A stretch of DNA of 44,610 nucleotides from Phoronis australis (taxonomy: Eukaryota; Animalia; Phoronida). The notes beneath the pieces are model-generated. The model made no database searches. It had not been told where the DNA came from and worked only from the letters and a program-made list of their open reading frames with translations. The stretch lies in contig NMRA01001004.1 in the NCBI GenBank assembly GCA_002633005.1, forward strand, positions 25,113 to 69,722, read 5' to 3'. The position numbers and the translations under genes are program-made. Positions 11,751-23,041 of this stretch are shown here, piece by piece; within the stretch, counting starts at the first letter, position 1, and every line of letters starts with the position of its first letter.

Positions 11751-11925
11751 GAAACTTGTTTTATTCCAGTTTGAAGTTGACAATTTCTGACCTTCAGAAT
11801 GGTGGTGTATGTGGCTTTAAGAAAATAACATCCAGAATCATGTTTTATTTCAAATACCTGTTCTCACTGCAGTTTAAATGAATATGAATTCATTTGATAC
11901 AATGTTGCTAAATTATACATTTCAG

Positions 11926-12036
11926 GTAAGGAGGGGTACAGGAGTTCTTGGGACGTCACGGCGACTTGGCAAGGAAATGTCTCGCCGGATATATACACTG
12001 TTTAACTGCTCAGATCCTAACTTTAGCATCAGGTAA
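11926..12036 (+). CDS. EME1: EME1-like terminal coding exon
   Basis: ATTTCAG| phase 0: VRRGTGVLGTSRRLGKEMSRRIYTLFNCSDPNFSIR*. This matches the recalled EME1 C-terminus [29 protein letters not shown] at ~12299. Confidence 0.9.
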   Translation, partial: VRRGTGVLGTSRRLGKEMSRRIYTLFNCSDPNFSIR

Positions 12037-13099
12037 CTATAGTAACTGGATACACTATCATGGCTGCTTTAGATGGTTGGTTAAACCCCGTAACAGCGTC
12101 ACTACAAACAGTAGAAAATTTGTTGCTCAAGTGTGTATCCACATGGCAGAAGTGGTTGGGGGCAAGTGTGCTATTTGGTAGTAAAAGTTGGATGTGCTAA
12201 TTGGTTGGGGTTAAGTGTACTATTAGTTGGATATGCCATCATTTAGCACGCAATATGGCTGACAAGTGAAATTCTATTTTCTTAAATTTCTCTACAAAAA
12301 TAAAGAGAGATAAATTTCGTTTAATGCTGACATGGTTTGTACTGTGTAGATTGCATAAAACAACATTTGGTAAAAAGTTTCTAATATTTGTAGCAAAGTA
12401 ATCGGACTTTGAAAAATTGGAAAATGACAATTTCTCCTATTATTTGTGCGCAGAATAACTGTAGAACTGCTGTACTTGTAGCAGAAGAGTTTACTTGAGG
12501 TAAAAAAACTGACGTGTTCTAATTTAGCAGAGCTGATGTGGCCAGTCTTATTTAGTTGTTTGTGTTCTGTTTTACTACTGTCACAGAGTTTAATTAGTGG
12601 TTCTTGGAGGTTGCTGGCATCACCTTTGGCTCACTTGCAATATCTTTTTCTTCTGAATAACATGAGATACATTTACAGTAAGGTAACTAGTACTGTCTCA
12701 GTTGTAATGGCAAGTATGATTAAATAGGCCCTGGGTCTTTAGAATGGTTTGTGACTTAGTTGGAGCTTGTCCAATAACAATTTTTGGTGAAAAGTTGATA
12801 AAGATTTAAATTTTGGATATTCAACAAGCCTGTTAACGTTCCCAGGTCGTAGCAGGATAAACTTTGTGGTGACCTATGACGCCATCTTTACATTTTTCCG
12901 GCCTTAGACCTATTTGTGTGATAGTAACTTTCATTTGTTTCACCAAGCACTTCAGTGACATTAATATTTTACTACTGTCTCAAATATGGAAATGTTACGA
13001 TATCAAAGTTCATTGTGTGCATGGAACTTACATGTTAGTCATGAAATTTGAGGTTAAAGTAGTTATAAATAAACATGATTTTATAAACTTACTTGAGTT

Positions 13100-13228
13100 T
13101 TACGGACTCATCACTGTTGTTTTACTGACTCATCACTGTTGTTTTGCTGACTCTTCACTATTGTTTTACTGACTCATCACTGTTGTTTTACTGACTCATC
13201 ACTGTTTAGTGACTCATCATCATCATCA
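13100..13228. repeat. 22-bp minisatellite (about 6 copies) ending in (CAT)n
   Basis: Unit GACTCATCACTGTTGTTTTACT at 13105, 13127, 13149, 13171 and 13193, with a partial copy at 13211. Confidence 0.95.
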
Positions 13229-13437
13229 TGTATTCTTGTACAGCATATAGTGTTCATAACTTGTATTATTTATTATTAATGATTGTAACAACTTTTTTGT
13301 TATACTATCTTTGTATTAAGTGTGTGTCAAATTACGTGAAATTACGGTTGTGTAAACTAATAGCTTTCTGCAACTCCTTCAAGCATGAGCTTCACGTCTT
13401 CACTAGCTATATACTCTATGGTTGAACGTCATGCTTG

Positions 13438-13831
13438 TTTTTATGCGCCCACATAATATTTATATGTGAGTGCATATTGCCGTCATCTCTGTCTGGGCAT
13501 CCGGCGTCTGCGATTGTATCTCCTAAACCCCTTGCAGGATCTTATTGAAATTTGGCAAGTTTGTTCCTATGGGATTGACGACAGAGGGCGACGAGTTTCG
13601 GACTGACCCAAATATCGCTGTGGCCCCTAGTGGCAATTTTAGTTTTTTAAATTTGCCTCAGTATCTTCAAAGGTCCTCGTCAACCGATTTTCATGAAATT
13701 TGGCACATAGGCATCTATTAATGAGGTGACACTATTCTTCCGTTTTCGGATCAATTCGTGGTATTTGCGCCATCTGGTGCCATTTCTAGTATTTCCGAGT
13801 CCGTTTTTAGGCGTCTGCTCTTCTGTCAACC
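13438..13831 (+). mobile_element. 5' part of HINE family A
   Basis: T-run, then subTIR ATGCGCCCAC (13443-13452) with inverted GTGAGTGCAT (13466-13475), then core repeats homologous to 3206-3380. Truncated at CATAGAC. Confidence 0.75.
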
Positions 13832-14557
13832 CATAGACATTAGTAGATTCATGACTCCGTGAAGTCTCGCGGCCTGAAGCAAAAGTACGAGAGCAGGATT
13901 CAAAACTTCTGGTCTCAAGGCTAAGCATAGTAACGAAGGTGAACTTTGGTTTTATTTCGCGCACGTCAAGCAAATTTTTGAGTTTGAAATTAATTTTTTG
14001 TGTTTAATGCAAACTAAATCGCGTATGCGAGCCATTCAAGTCGGATTATTGCTACGAAACATGTCGGAATTAACTTGACAAGTTGTTGTTGATCTTCCCG
14101 CCTGCTGACACAGTTCAACTCACGAATCGAGGAGTTTGGCCCAATGAAAAGGTTGAGCTAAATTGATAATTCTTTGCACTAGCTGAATTCTCAGTCGTTT
14201 ACGATGAAATTTAGTTTGAATTTTGTGATCTTGTATGAATTTTGGCTCGACCTAAATGTATTTTCTCATTCGTCACTACGTCTATAATACAGAAGCCATA
14301 GTATACCAATATATCCAAAATTCAGCAAGAGCGAAAGTTTGCCATTTTTCTTGATTTTCAGCAACTCGTACATATTAGCATGAAAAGTGGTGGAAAATGA
14401 AAAGTATGCCAGCGAAATTTTCTTCTTTATTTTGATATCCGTTTCAACAAATGGGGGCATTCATGAATATTTTTAAAAATCAAAGTACTGCAGCACTCTT
14501 AGAAGGGGATTAAGTTTTCAGTTGCTAAATGGAACCGATTTTAATGATATGTATATC

Positions 14558-14712
14558 CAGGGGCGGATCCAGGACTTGATGTTAGGGGGACCAGAGCAGA
14601 GTATTGGCCAGGATTTTGTCATTCAGACATTGGCACTCCCGATCTGCCAAATGGAATCTGGGGGAATTTTAGGGGGGAGTGTAGCCCTCTTGGCCCCCTC
14701 TAAATCTGCTAT
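14558..14712. mobile_element. Short MITE of the CAGGGGCGGATCCAG type (hAT-like), decayed
   Basis: Starts CAGGGGCGGATCCAGG and ends CCCCCTCTAAATCTGCTATT. A related end, GGATCCGCCACTG, lies at ~38347-38359. Confidence 0.5.
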
Positions 14713-16120
14713 TATGTCAAACTGCTAAAAAATTCTGCCTTAAGTGTACACTTTTATTTGTTTTTTTATAAAAGTATGGGAAAATGTCGTTTTTTCAATT
14801 TCATGCCTTGTCAATTTCTAACCTGGAAAAATCCTGCAAGTGTACTCTCAATGTAACAATTACTATCGTGTCCTAATCCATTCCTCATCAATTTTTTCAC
14901 TTCATTTCACCATTTCTATTTAGCAACACTTCCAAAAAAGGTAAATTCAATCATTTTTCAAGAACCATGCTGACCTTTCCAGGGTTTAAAATTCAATTTA
15001 GCTTCAGTTTTGGGATAGATTCAGTCTATTTTCTTCAAAAATAATTTTGTTACACATTTTTTACCTTGTATTGGTGCTGTGATCAGTTTCATTGTTAAAA
15101 AATTATATTTTGCATTAAAATATTTTATTCAAGGCTGCAGTACATCAAAACTGTTTAGAATAAGAGTATGCTCTTTTTGGATGGTCACTAACACGACGCC
15201 TCTCAATTCCTATCTTATTTGACAGAAATGAAATTGATTTAAATTTCATTGAAATTTTATTGTCCAATTAAATTTTGTTTAATTAAAAATTCACAAGTCA
15301 TGATCATTTTTACCATATGGTGCGTAACTGAAAATTGTGAAAACATTGATCTCACTTCGGGAAAAAAGAATAATTCATATAACCTCATATTTTTTAATAA
15401 ATGACAAAATACCTGAAAAAACTAGCTTTCTGGTTTTTGCAATTTTTGAATTCATTTGTTACACCAATTTCATTTTTAGAATTGTTTTGAAATGTTTTGG
15501 AGCAAAAGAAATATTTTCACAGAACCATGGTGTTTTGTCGTTTTAAAAGTGGTTTGGTGACAATATGTTGTTAACCTTCTTGTAAAGGACTCTCTATCTT
15601 GTTTTAGCACCACAGTAAGCTATGGATTCCCAAATATAGTTGTCTGAACTTGATATTTTTGTGGCCTGAAATTTTTGGGTCCTGTTTGCTGAAAAAAGGC
15701 TATTTTTTGAGGCTGGAAAAATTAAATAACTCAAGAGCCGCCTAAACAATTTAAAAAATATATATACCGGGTATATGACATGTTAAAGCTACCACTTTAG
15801 ACTATTGAAGTGTTTCTGATAAATTTGTATTTTGCTTTGCTCTGACAGCTCTAGTTTGTAAAACATAGTATGCAAAAGGTGTTTTTGTATTCCTTCTCAG
15901 TAATGTATGCAACACTTTATGTAATGTTGTTATGTTTTTTTCCTGTTTGTCATTGTAAAAATCAATTCCATTGTATATTCGTGTTGCCATTTTTCACTTA
16001 ACAATTGTAAAGTAAGGCAGGGGATTTCCAGACCCCTGTTACTTACTCATTGGAACTGGTAAAATAAAAAAATGAAAAATGTCTATTTTGTGTGTGCTGT
16101 GCTATCTGATAACCACTAAA

Positions 16121-17250
16121 AACGAGAGCGCTCGGAGGAGCGACACTTGGCGGAATTAATCGAAAAGACGACGATGAGGGAGACGACGACAATCATGACG
16201 ATCAAGACGGCAATTATGAATAACACGATAACATTCATATGACTAACGAAGAAATCAAATAGAGAGCATACAATCAACTACTATAAAGAACAATAGGTGG
16301 CGCAACATGACGGTCCAGTCTACAGTAGAACAGTGCTGGCTGGGTCAGTCTGGGTCAACTAGGCATAATCAAAACAAAGTGAATTGAAAGCCAGCCAGCT
16401 GCGTGCTTGCATAGGTGACCGAAGGAACAACGGTATCCGAAAATCTCGAATAATTCAAAAAGTAGACGTCGTAGCGCAAAACGGAAAATATCTTCTGAAA
16501 GCCCATTCAAAATTCTATCTAAAGTAGTGGTTTGGCAAAAATCAAAAAAAATTTCGAGAAAATTGAAAATTTGCCATTTTTTTGAAATTCAAAGTCAAAT
16601 AACTCGAAAACGGTAAGTCTGAGAAATACGCTCTCGCAGACTTCTTGAAAGGCCATACTTCAAGGAATCCACATGCAAAAATTCACGTCATTTACTCTTC
16701 CCGTTAAAAATGCTACACCAGAGCGATTGAAACCGTGTGAACATGCGCCACAGACGACATCTTGAAAGTGACTTCCGGTTCAATAATTTTTTATAAAAGC
16801 TTATTAAACTCAACAAACACCTGACCAGTTTGAAAGTGATTGGTCTGCAAATGCGCCCTCTACAGGAGAAAACGTTTTTAGCCATATTTCGGGGTGCGCA
16901 TGTGCCACGTCCAATATTTCCACCATCTTTAACCGGAAGTCAACCATTTTCTGCTCAATTGTAGCACATGCGTTGTAGTATATTCGTACTGATTTTCAGC
17001 CATGTAGGTCGAAAAATGCGGCCTCTACGAGTATTTGACTGTGAAATCAGATACAAAATGGCCGCCACGTCTGCCATTTTGTATCCGATCATGACCGAAA
17101 ACAATAGGCTTCCAGCACTTTCCGATTTACACGTCGTGTGCAACTTTTGTGAAAATCGGACGGAAATTGCGACCTGTAGAGTGCGAACAAACAAAAAAAA
17201 ACTTTCTGTCAGACCAACATACTTGGCGGAAGAATTCCGCCAAGTAATAA
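16121..17250 (-). mobile_element. Complete HINE/Helentron-like element (family B)
   Basis: 5' palindrome ACTTGGCGGAA-GAA-TTCCGCCAAGT (17221-17245). 3' subTIR ACTTGGCGGAATT (16145-16157), hairpin CGCTC-n4-GAGCG (16129-16142), then a T-run on the minus strand. Confidence 0.8.
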
Positions 17251-17399
17251 GGCTGACAGAACACCTTTCATAACCCGAGTCTTTCCCTCTCATGTTCTCT
17301 ATTTCAAATTTTGAGGTATTTCATGTTATAACTTTTTTTCTTCTGCAGGCCTAAATATAACACTTAAACTGAATTCCCTTCACTGTGTATAAAGTACAT

Positions 17400-17501
17400 A
17401 TAGATTATTACATGACTAATGCCCCTCGGGCGATAATTCTCCAAAATCCACTCGGGCTCTAGATAACGGGGGATAACGACTGAGAACATGTAATAATCTA
17501 T
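17400..17501. repeat. Small element bounded by a perfect 15-bp inverted repeat (possibly Crypton-type non-autonomous)
   Basis: ATAGATTATTACATG (17400-17414) and CATGTAATAATCTAT (17487-17501). The family assignment is inference. Confidence 0.55.
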
Positions 17502-18743
17502 TTATACCACATACTAAATGAGAAACATTTCAATGAATCGATCTACCTTTCTCGACTCGTTTCGGCTTTGTAGCTACTTTCTATGTCAGAGGCCCGGGGT
17601 CGGAGGTCGTGACCTTTTAAGAAAAGCCAATGGCTGTTCGTGCCAAACTATTCATTCAAAAACTGGGCTGACAAGTGTGAGTGGGATGAACCTCTGTCCA
17701 GTACATTGCTTAACGAGTGGTCTGACATTGCAGGAGACTTTCAGAAGTGTTCTCAGATATCCCTTCCCAGGGAATATTTTCCTAGTATTGATGGCGTTAC
17801 CAATGTTAATGTGCATGTCTTCTGTGATGCTAGTGCTAAAGCATTTGGTGCTGCAGTCTATCTACAATGTTTTGATCAGGCAACATTAATTATGTGTTAG
17901 TGTAGAACATCACCCCTCAAGTGTAAGCGTACATTACCACAGTTGGAGCTACTAGCAGCTTTAATTGGCTCGCGCCTACTTCAGTATACTATGTCCTCAT
18001 TAGGAGATGTCATCTCAGTGGACAATGTATTTCTTTGGTCACACAGTCAGATTACATTACACTGGCTACAGTCAAAGAAAAAACTGCCTGTATTTGTTCA
18101 GAACCGTGTTACTGAAATTCATGCCCTGACAGCCAGTGCCAAATGGATGTACTGTCCAACAGATAGTAACCCAGCAGATCTTTTAACTAGGGGCATTGTT
18201 TTTGAAACTTTGAAACGATCGCACTTGTGGTGGTACGGCCCCGACGCTTCCCAAGTAACAATGACCACCCCCAATCGCTATGTTTGGACACTACCCAAAT
18301 GTTCTGGTCTTACCAGTAATAAATGACCCACGTAGCAATCAACACCCCACAGCTAACGTTCAACCTGGTGTCAGCCAAATTATGGACATCAACAGGTTCT
18401 CTACCCTTCGTCGATTGCTCCATGTCACTGCATGGGTAAACAGGTTTGTAAACCGGTGCAAAGACCCAACCTCAGCCGTTTCCGACACTCTCTCCGCGCA
18501 AGAACTAAATTCTACGAAATGTCTGGATTTCGGATACACAACATAAAATCTACCACATAAACATCGAAGACGTCATACATGCCAGAAATAAAACCCAACT
18601 TGTCAAACAACTGAAGTTGTTTCTTCAAGATGGCATATTACTCAGCGCAGGAAGGATACACAATGCCAACTTACCTGACCACACCAAGTTTCCCATCCTG
18701 TTGCCATCCGTCCACAAGTTCACAGAATTGGTCATCAAAGATG

Positions 18744-19619
18744 TGTAGTATTATAGCTCTTTAGACTTAGAGTTAAATATATTGAGTTCCGGTTCCATCA
18801 CTCGCTTTAGACGATAGATGTGTTTGTCCTAAGATTACGCAAGTTAGCTGACTCCTGCGAATTCGGGGAACTGAAAGACTCACTGATCAGAGACCGCATA
18901 GTCGTTGGGACGAATGATGACGCAGGACGAGAGAGACTCTTAAGAGAACGCCCTGTACCAAGCCTCGCAAAAGCCATTGAGAATCTGCGAGCAGCAGAGG
19001 CATCACGCACTCAGAAACAGGTGATGTCAGGCAAAAGTGAGAGTACAGTCGAGTTCGTGAAACGGCATGGGTTCAAGAAGCACAACAATCCTCAGAAGAA
19101 GCAGGCTCATAAAAAGCAGCAGNCAGTATTAGGTGTTGGAGACCAAGTCTGGGTGCGCGATCAAGACAAACACGGTGAAGTGAAAGAGAGTTCGACAAAC
19201 CCGAGATCCTACCTTGTCGTCACAGAGTCCGGTGCTACAATTCACCGTAACCGGTCAGCGTTGATTCATACCGGAAATATGAAAAGTGCCTCACCAGAGA
19301 ATTTTACACCAAAAGAGACGACCCCCAAACCATTTTCAAACCCGGCATCAAACCCACCTACCGCAGACACCCCACAGCGGACCCAACAACTACGACGTTC
19401 TCAGCGGGTTATAAAACCAGTGGATCGCCTGAACCTCTGAACATTTGATTAGTTTTCAGCGCTTAGTGATAACGACATTAACATAGTTCAAGACATTTAT
19501 TGCTTAAAGCGTTTACACATATTCTTAAACTATCTTGGGAGGAGATGTAGTATTATAGCTCTTTAGACTTAGAGATAAATATATTGAGTTTCGGTTCCAT
19601 CAGCGTTGTTGTTTCTACA
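18744..19619 (+). mobile_element. Mini Gypsy element nested in the BEL integrase
   Basis: TSD AGATG (18739-18743 and 19620-19624). The 3' LTR at 19546-19619 (TGTAG...CTACA) follows PPT GGGAGGAGA; the 5' LTR at 18744-~18800 is truncated. Removal restores BEL VIKDAHVRTLHSG. Confidence 0.9.
18820..19440 (+). pseudogene. Gypsy gag fragment joined to an integrase C-terminal tail
   Basis: LRKLADSCEFGELKDSLIRDRIVVG (gag), an N base at 19123, then GDQVWVRD...PRSYLV...RNRSAL...RRSQRVIKPVDRLNL (pol C-terminus). Confidence 0.85.
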
Positions 19620-21029
19620 AGATGCACACGTCAGAACCCTCCACAGTGGTGTCAACATGACCAGCACATACTTACGTCAGTACTACTGGATTCCCAGAAT
19701 CCGCCAACGCATAAAGGCTGTCAACCGGTTGTGTGTACCATGTCGCAAAGTAATTGGTCAATCGTATTCTCAACCAGCCATGCCGCCACTGCCTGCTGAC
19801 CGCGTGCGAGATGCACAACCTTTTGAAATCACTAGTGTTGATTACACTGGCCATCTGTTCGCCAAGAACCCTCCTGACAACAACAACACTACCTACGTAT
19901 GTTTGTTTACGTGTGCAATTACTCGAGCGACACATCTGGAGTTGGTCTCTGACTTAACTGTCATATCATTTATTCAAGCCTTTCGTCGCTTTGCCAGCCA
20001 ACGCTCCTTACCGCGTGTTATGATTTCTGACATTGCCACGAATTGTGTTGGTGCTCCAGCAGACATGAATCAGTTGATAAAATCTGCTAAGATTCAAGAT
20101 TCCTCGCAGATCAACGCGTTGCATGCAAATTTATTCCACGCCGCGCTCCATGGCTCGGTGGCTTTTGGGAGCGTCTCATTGGAATTACCAAAACTTGCTT
20201 AAAAAAGATCCTCAGTCGTTCGCAGGTGCCATTTGATGAGCTTTGCACAAATCTAACTGAATGTGAATGTATTCTAAACGACCGCTCCCTCACATTTGTA
20301 TCCGGCTCTGAAGAAGAACCTGAACCGCTCTCTCCATCACACATATTATACGGACGTAAACTTTCAGGCTTTCCCTTCTGCCACATTCAAACTAACGAAC
20401 TTACAGACCCCAATTTTGACGCGACTACAGTTCAATTGTAATATACAAAGCGATCCGCACTCATCAGTCATTTCTTTCGCCGTTGGCAACACGAATATTT
20501 AACTGCACTTTGTGAACGACAACAACTTGTAACCCGACGTAACCATAATTCACCCATCTGCGTCGGCGACGTTTTGGTTCACGACGACAAGCCACATGTT
20601 CTATGGAAAATGGCTAGAGTAGAGCGACTCAATTACGGGCATGATGGATTCATTCGCTCTGCCGACATTCGTTCTCAGTCTGGCAGAACCAACCGTCCCA
20701 TGACAAAGCTCTACCCATTTGAAACAAGTGTAGACTCTGTTCAGAATCCGCCACCCGCTGACACTATTCATACCCCATCTAATTCGGCCTCAACACCACT
20801 TCCTCCACGACCACAAAGACGGGCAGCTCTCCAGGCTCGTCACAATATACATTGGACAACTATTTGATTCGACTACATTATTTAGTTTTTCATGCGTTAA
20901 GTTTTTCACATGTTTTTAGTACCAATTTCTTATTCTAGCATATTTCTCAAGTTATCTTTAGTATTGTATTGTCCAATTTATTTGACTACTACTAGTTTTT
21001 CATTCCTCAACTATTGCGTGGGGGGAGGA

Positions 21030-21430
21030 TGTCACAGAATGTGTTATTGTGTTTTTGCATCATTTAGTTTAGTCATCGTATTACATCACTTACTGTTGTT
21101 GTTTACTACCACTTTCTCCGCATGCAGAAGATGAGTAATACTTCCTATTCCTAGAACTGTTTATTTGTCAGCATAGTGCATCCTTTAGGTGTTCATCTTA
21201 TTTGGTTGGTTAATTCGAGATTCTCTAGTCTCTATATATATCACTTTCACTTGTATTTTTTGTAGTAGTATCAGTAGTAGTTTTCATGAGTTGATTAGTA
21301 ATTGTTTCTCCGCATTGAGAGTTGTTCCTACTCATGTAACGTTTGCAGTCTTCACTATGACTCATCTCTTGTTCTGTTCCAACGAACCGCCTCGTACACA
21401 GTTGAACCGCATTTTCGCATGTACCCCACA
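21030..21430 (+). mobile_element. BEL/Pao 3' LTR (right end uncertain or truncated)
   Basis: A polypurine tract GGGGGGAGGA immediately precedes TGTCAC at 21030. Confidence 0.7.
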
Positions 21431-23041
21431 GTCTCTCAGGCTATCTGGAACCCTGTACGTAAACTGAGCGACCGGCGTCACATCTCCATCAACATGAAGG
21501 TGTAATTGGAAACCATCCAGTTTGTCAATGCCATCAAAACAATCGGGATATTTATCAACCACTACTTGGGTATTACTTGGGTGCAGAACCAGCGGCGTCA
21601 CACTCGGGGCAGACGCATAGATGCTTGGCTTTCCACGTTATCAAGTCAGACAAGGTCCTTTGACTAACCACTCCAACCAACTGGTGATTACACATTCGTC
21701 TTGCCCGGCCATGCAACCGACTACCAGCACCACAGTCTGTCTCGTATCCATACAGCTGCATTCTGTCAATTGCATCTCTATTCTCACGTGGCTCCACCTC
21801 TCTAAGCGCTCCGAGAATCTCACTGTCTCCCAATCTGAGGGCGCCCTGTATCAGTGCATTTCCTGCTAACTTGTCAGCTTTCTCATTTCCGGCGACCCCG
21901 GCATGCCCAGGGGAGAATATCCAAGTCAGCTTTCTCAGTCCACTGTTTTGTAAATGCAGCAGCCACTCGGGTTTGAGATATTCCTTTTCGATTTTTCTAA
22001 GCATGCTCTGAGAGTCTGTCACAATAACTGCACAGGTATGAGTGCTTTTCTGTAGCCATGCAAGTGCCTTTTCAGCAGCAACCTCCTCCATCGTCATACT
22101 AGATGTCGTGAGCTCATATGCCTCACCATTTGCTGCTACTATTTTGCCATCCACATTGACTGCATAGCCCCATCCAGATCTTTCTCCTCTTTTTACCGAT
22201 CCATTAGTGTACACCACAGCATCTCCCTCACTACAATTTTCATAGACCAGCTCAAGAACTTCACTGTTAACTGCACAAGCCGTCCTCTCACGACACTCTC
22301 GGCCCATTGTAATGACAACCCCGGTGAATCTGCTAGCTGTTTTGTCATCCATCTGCATATACTCTTCTGCTCTGCGAACCAGATCCAGCTTACACACTTT
22401 TTCTACTGTGGTTTCCGCTGCTGCCAACCATGATTTGCCAGGCTTTAATCTGGTGCCTTTGGAACCACAGTTGTCGAGATTGAATTCACAATATTCAACA
22501 GACTCGACTACGTGGCGGTTTCGTGACTCAATAATGTTTCACCGACACAATCCAGCACCACAAAATCTGCTTTAACAACTTTGTCGCCTACTGAGATCTC
22601 CACATTGAATTTTCCGATCATGCATAACGGTTCCCGAGCACCAAACAAGTCTTGTACTCCCATACCCCCCAGATGTAACAGCATTGATTATTTTTGGGTA
22701 TTGTCTGTTATTCCTTTTCCCACAGCAAAGTATTCGAATGATTTCTTCCACCGTTTCCACCGCGCATCGACATTGGCCGCATCTCCGTTACAATCGAAAT
22801 TTGGCAGTCCATTTAAATCCACGGCAACAGCCATCATGAGCATATATCATAGAAATTCACACACTGAAAGCTTCTAAAATGTTCTCCTCGTCGCCACTAA
22901 TGTTATATCGCGCATTTATCTGCAGATTCAACCGGATATAACCACACCATTTAATACAATATCTCAGTCTATTCCATAACCGCGCCGACTATACAAGTAG
23001 TGACCCCTCACGTCAAGAATGTCTCCAAGATATATATAACA
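21430..23041 (-). mobile_element. Truncated Gypsy element: LTR 22901-23041, PBS, gag/protease/RT-linker fragments
   Basis: 141-bp LTR with TGTTATAT...ATATAACA ends. PBS TGGCGACGAGGA (22896-22885, tRNA-Ser(GCU)-type). gag FDCNGD...RWKRWKKSFEYF...LLHLGG..VQDLF, protease tail PLCMIGKF...FVVLD..GETLLS..TA, then YPDCFDGIDKL...PVAQ...RVP. Confidence 0.9.
21563..22462 (-). mobile_element. 5'-truncated LINE with RNase H domain, inserted in the Gypsy element
   Basis: ORF 21573-22427: VYTNGS, E..A...AL, IVTDSQS, WIFSPGHAGVAGNEKADKLA, then CPEC and a CCCAAGTA x2 tail. TSD GTGGTT (plus-strand AACCAC at 21557-21562 and 22463-22468). Confidence 0.88.

Larger units (their letters stand above)
17635..20867 (+). 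pseudogene. BEL/Pao LTR retrotransposon pol remnant (RNase H-like/peptidase A17 region, integrase, DUF5641)
   Basis: WDEPL, HVFCDASAKAFGAAVYL, LELLAALIG, NPADLLTRG, H..LHSGV...YWIP...CVPC, VDYTG, CLFTCAITRATHLELV, GGFWERLIG, WKMARV...G.DG.IRSA...RP..KLYP. Several stops and frameshifts. Confidence 0.95.

Noticed and set aside
11948-12181. ORF-track 77-aa protein, and an alternative frame ending ...SPDIYTV*
   Set aside because: Another frame of the same segment matches the EME1 C-terminus and is in phase with the upstream exon.
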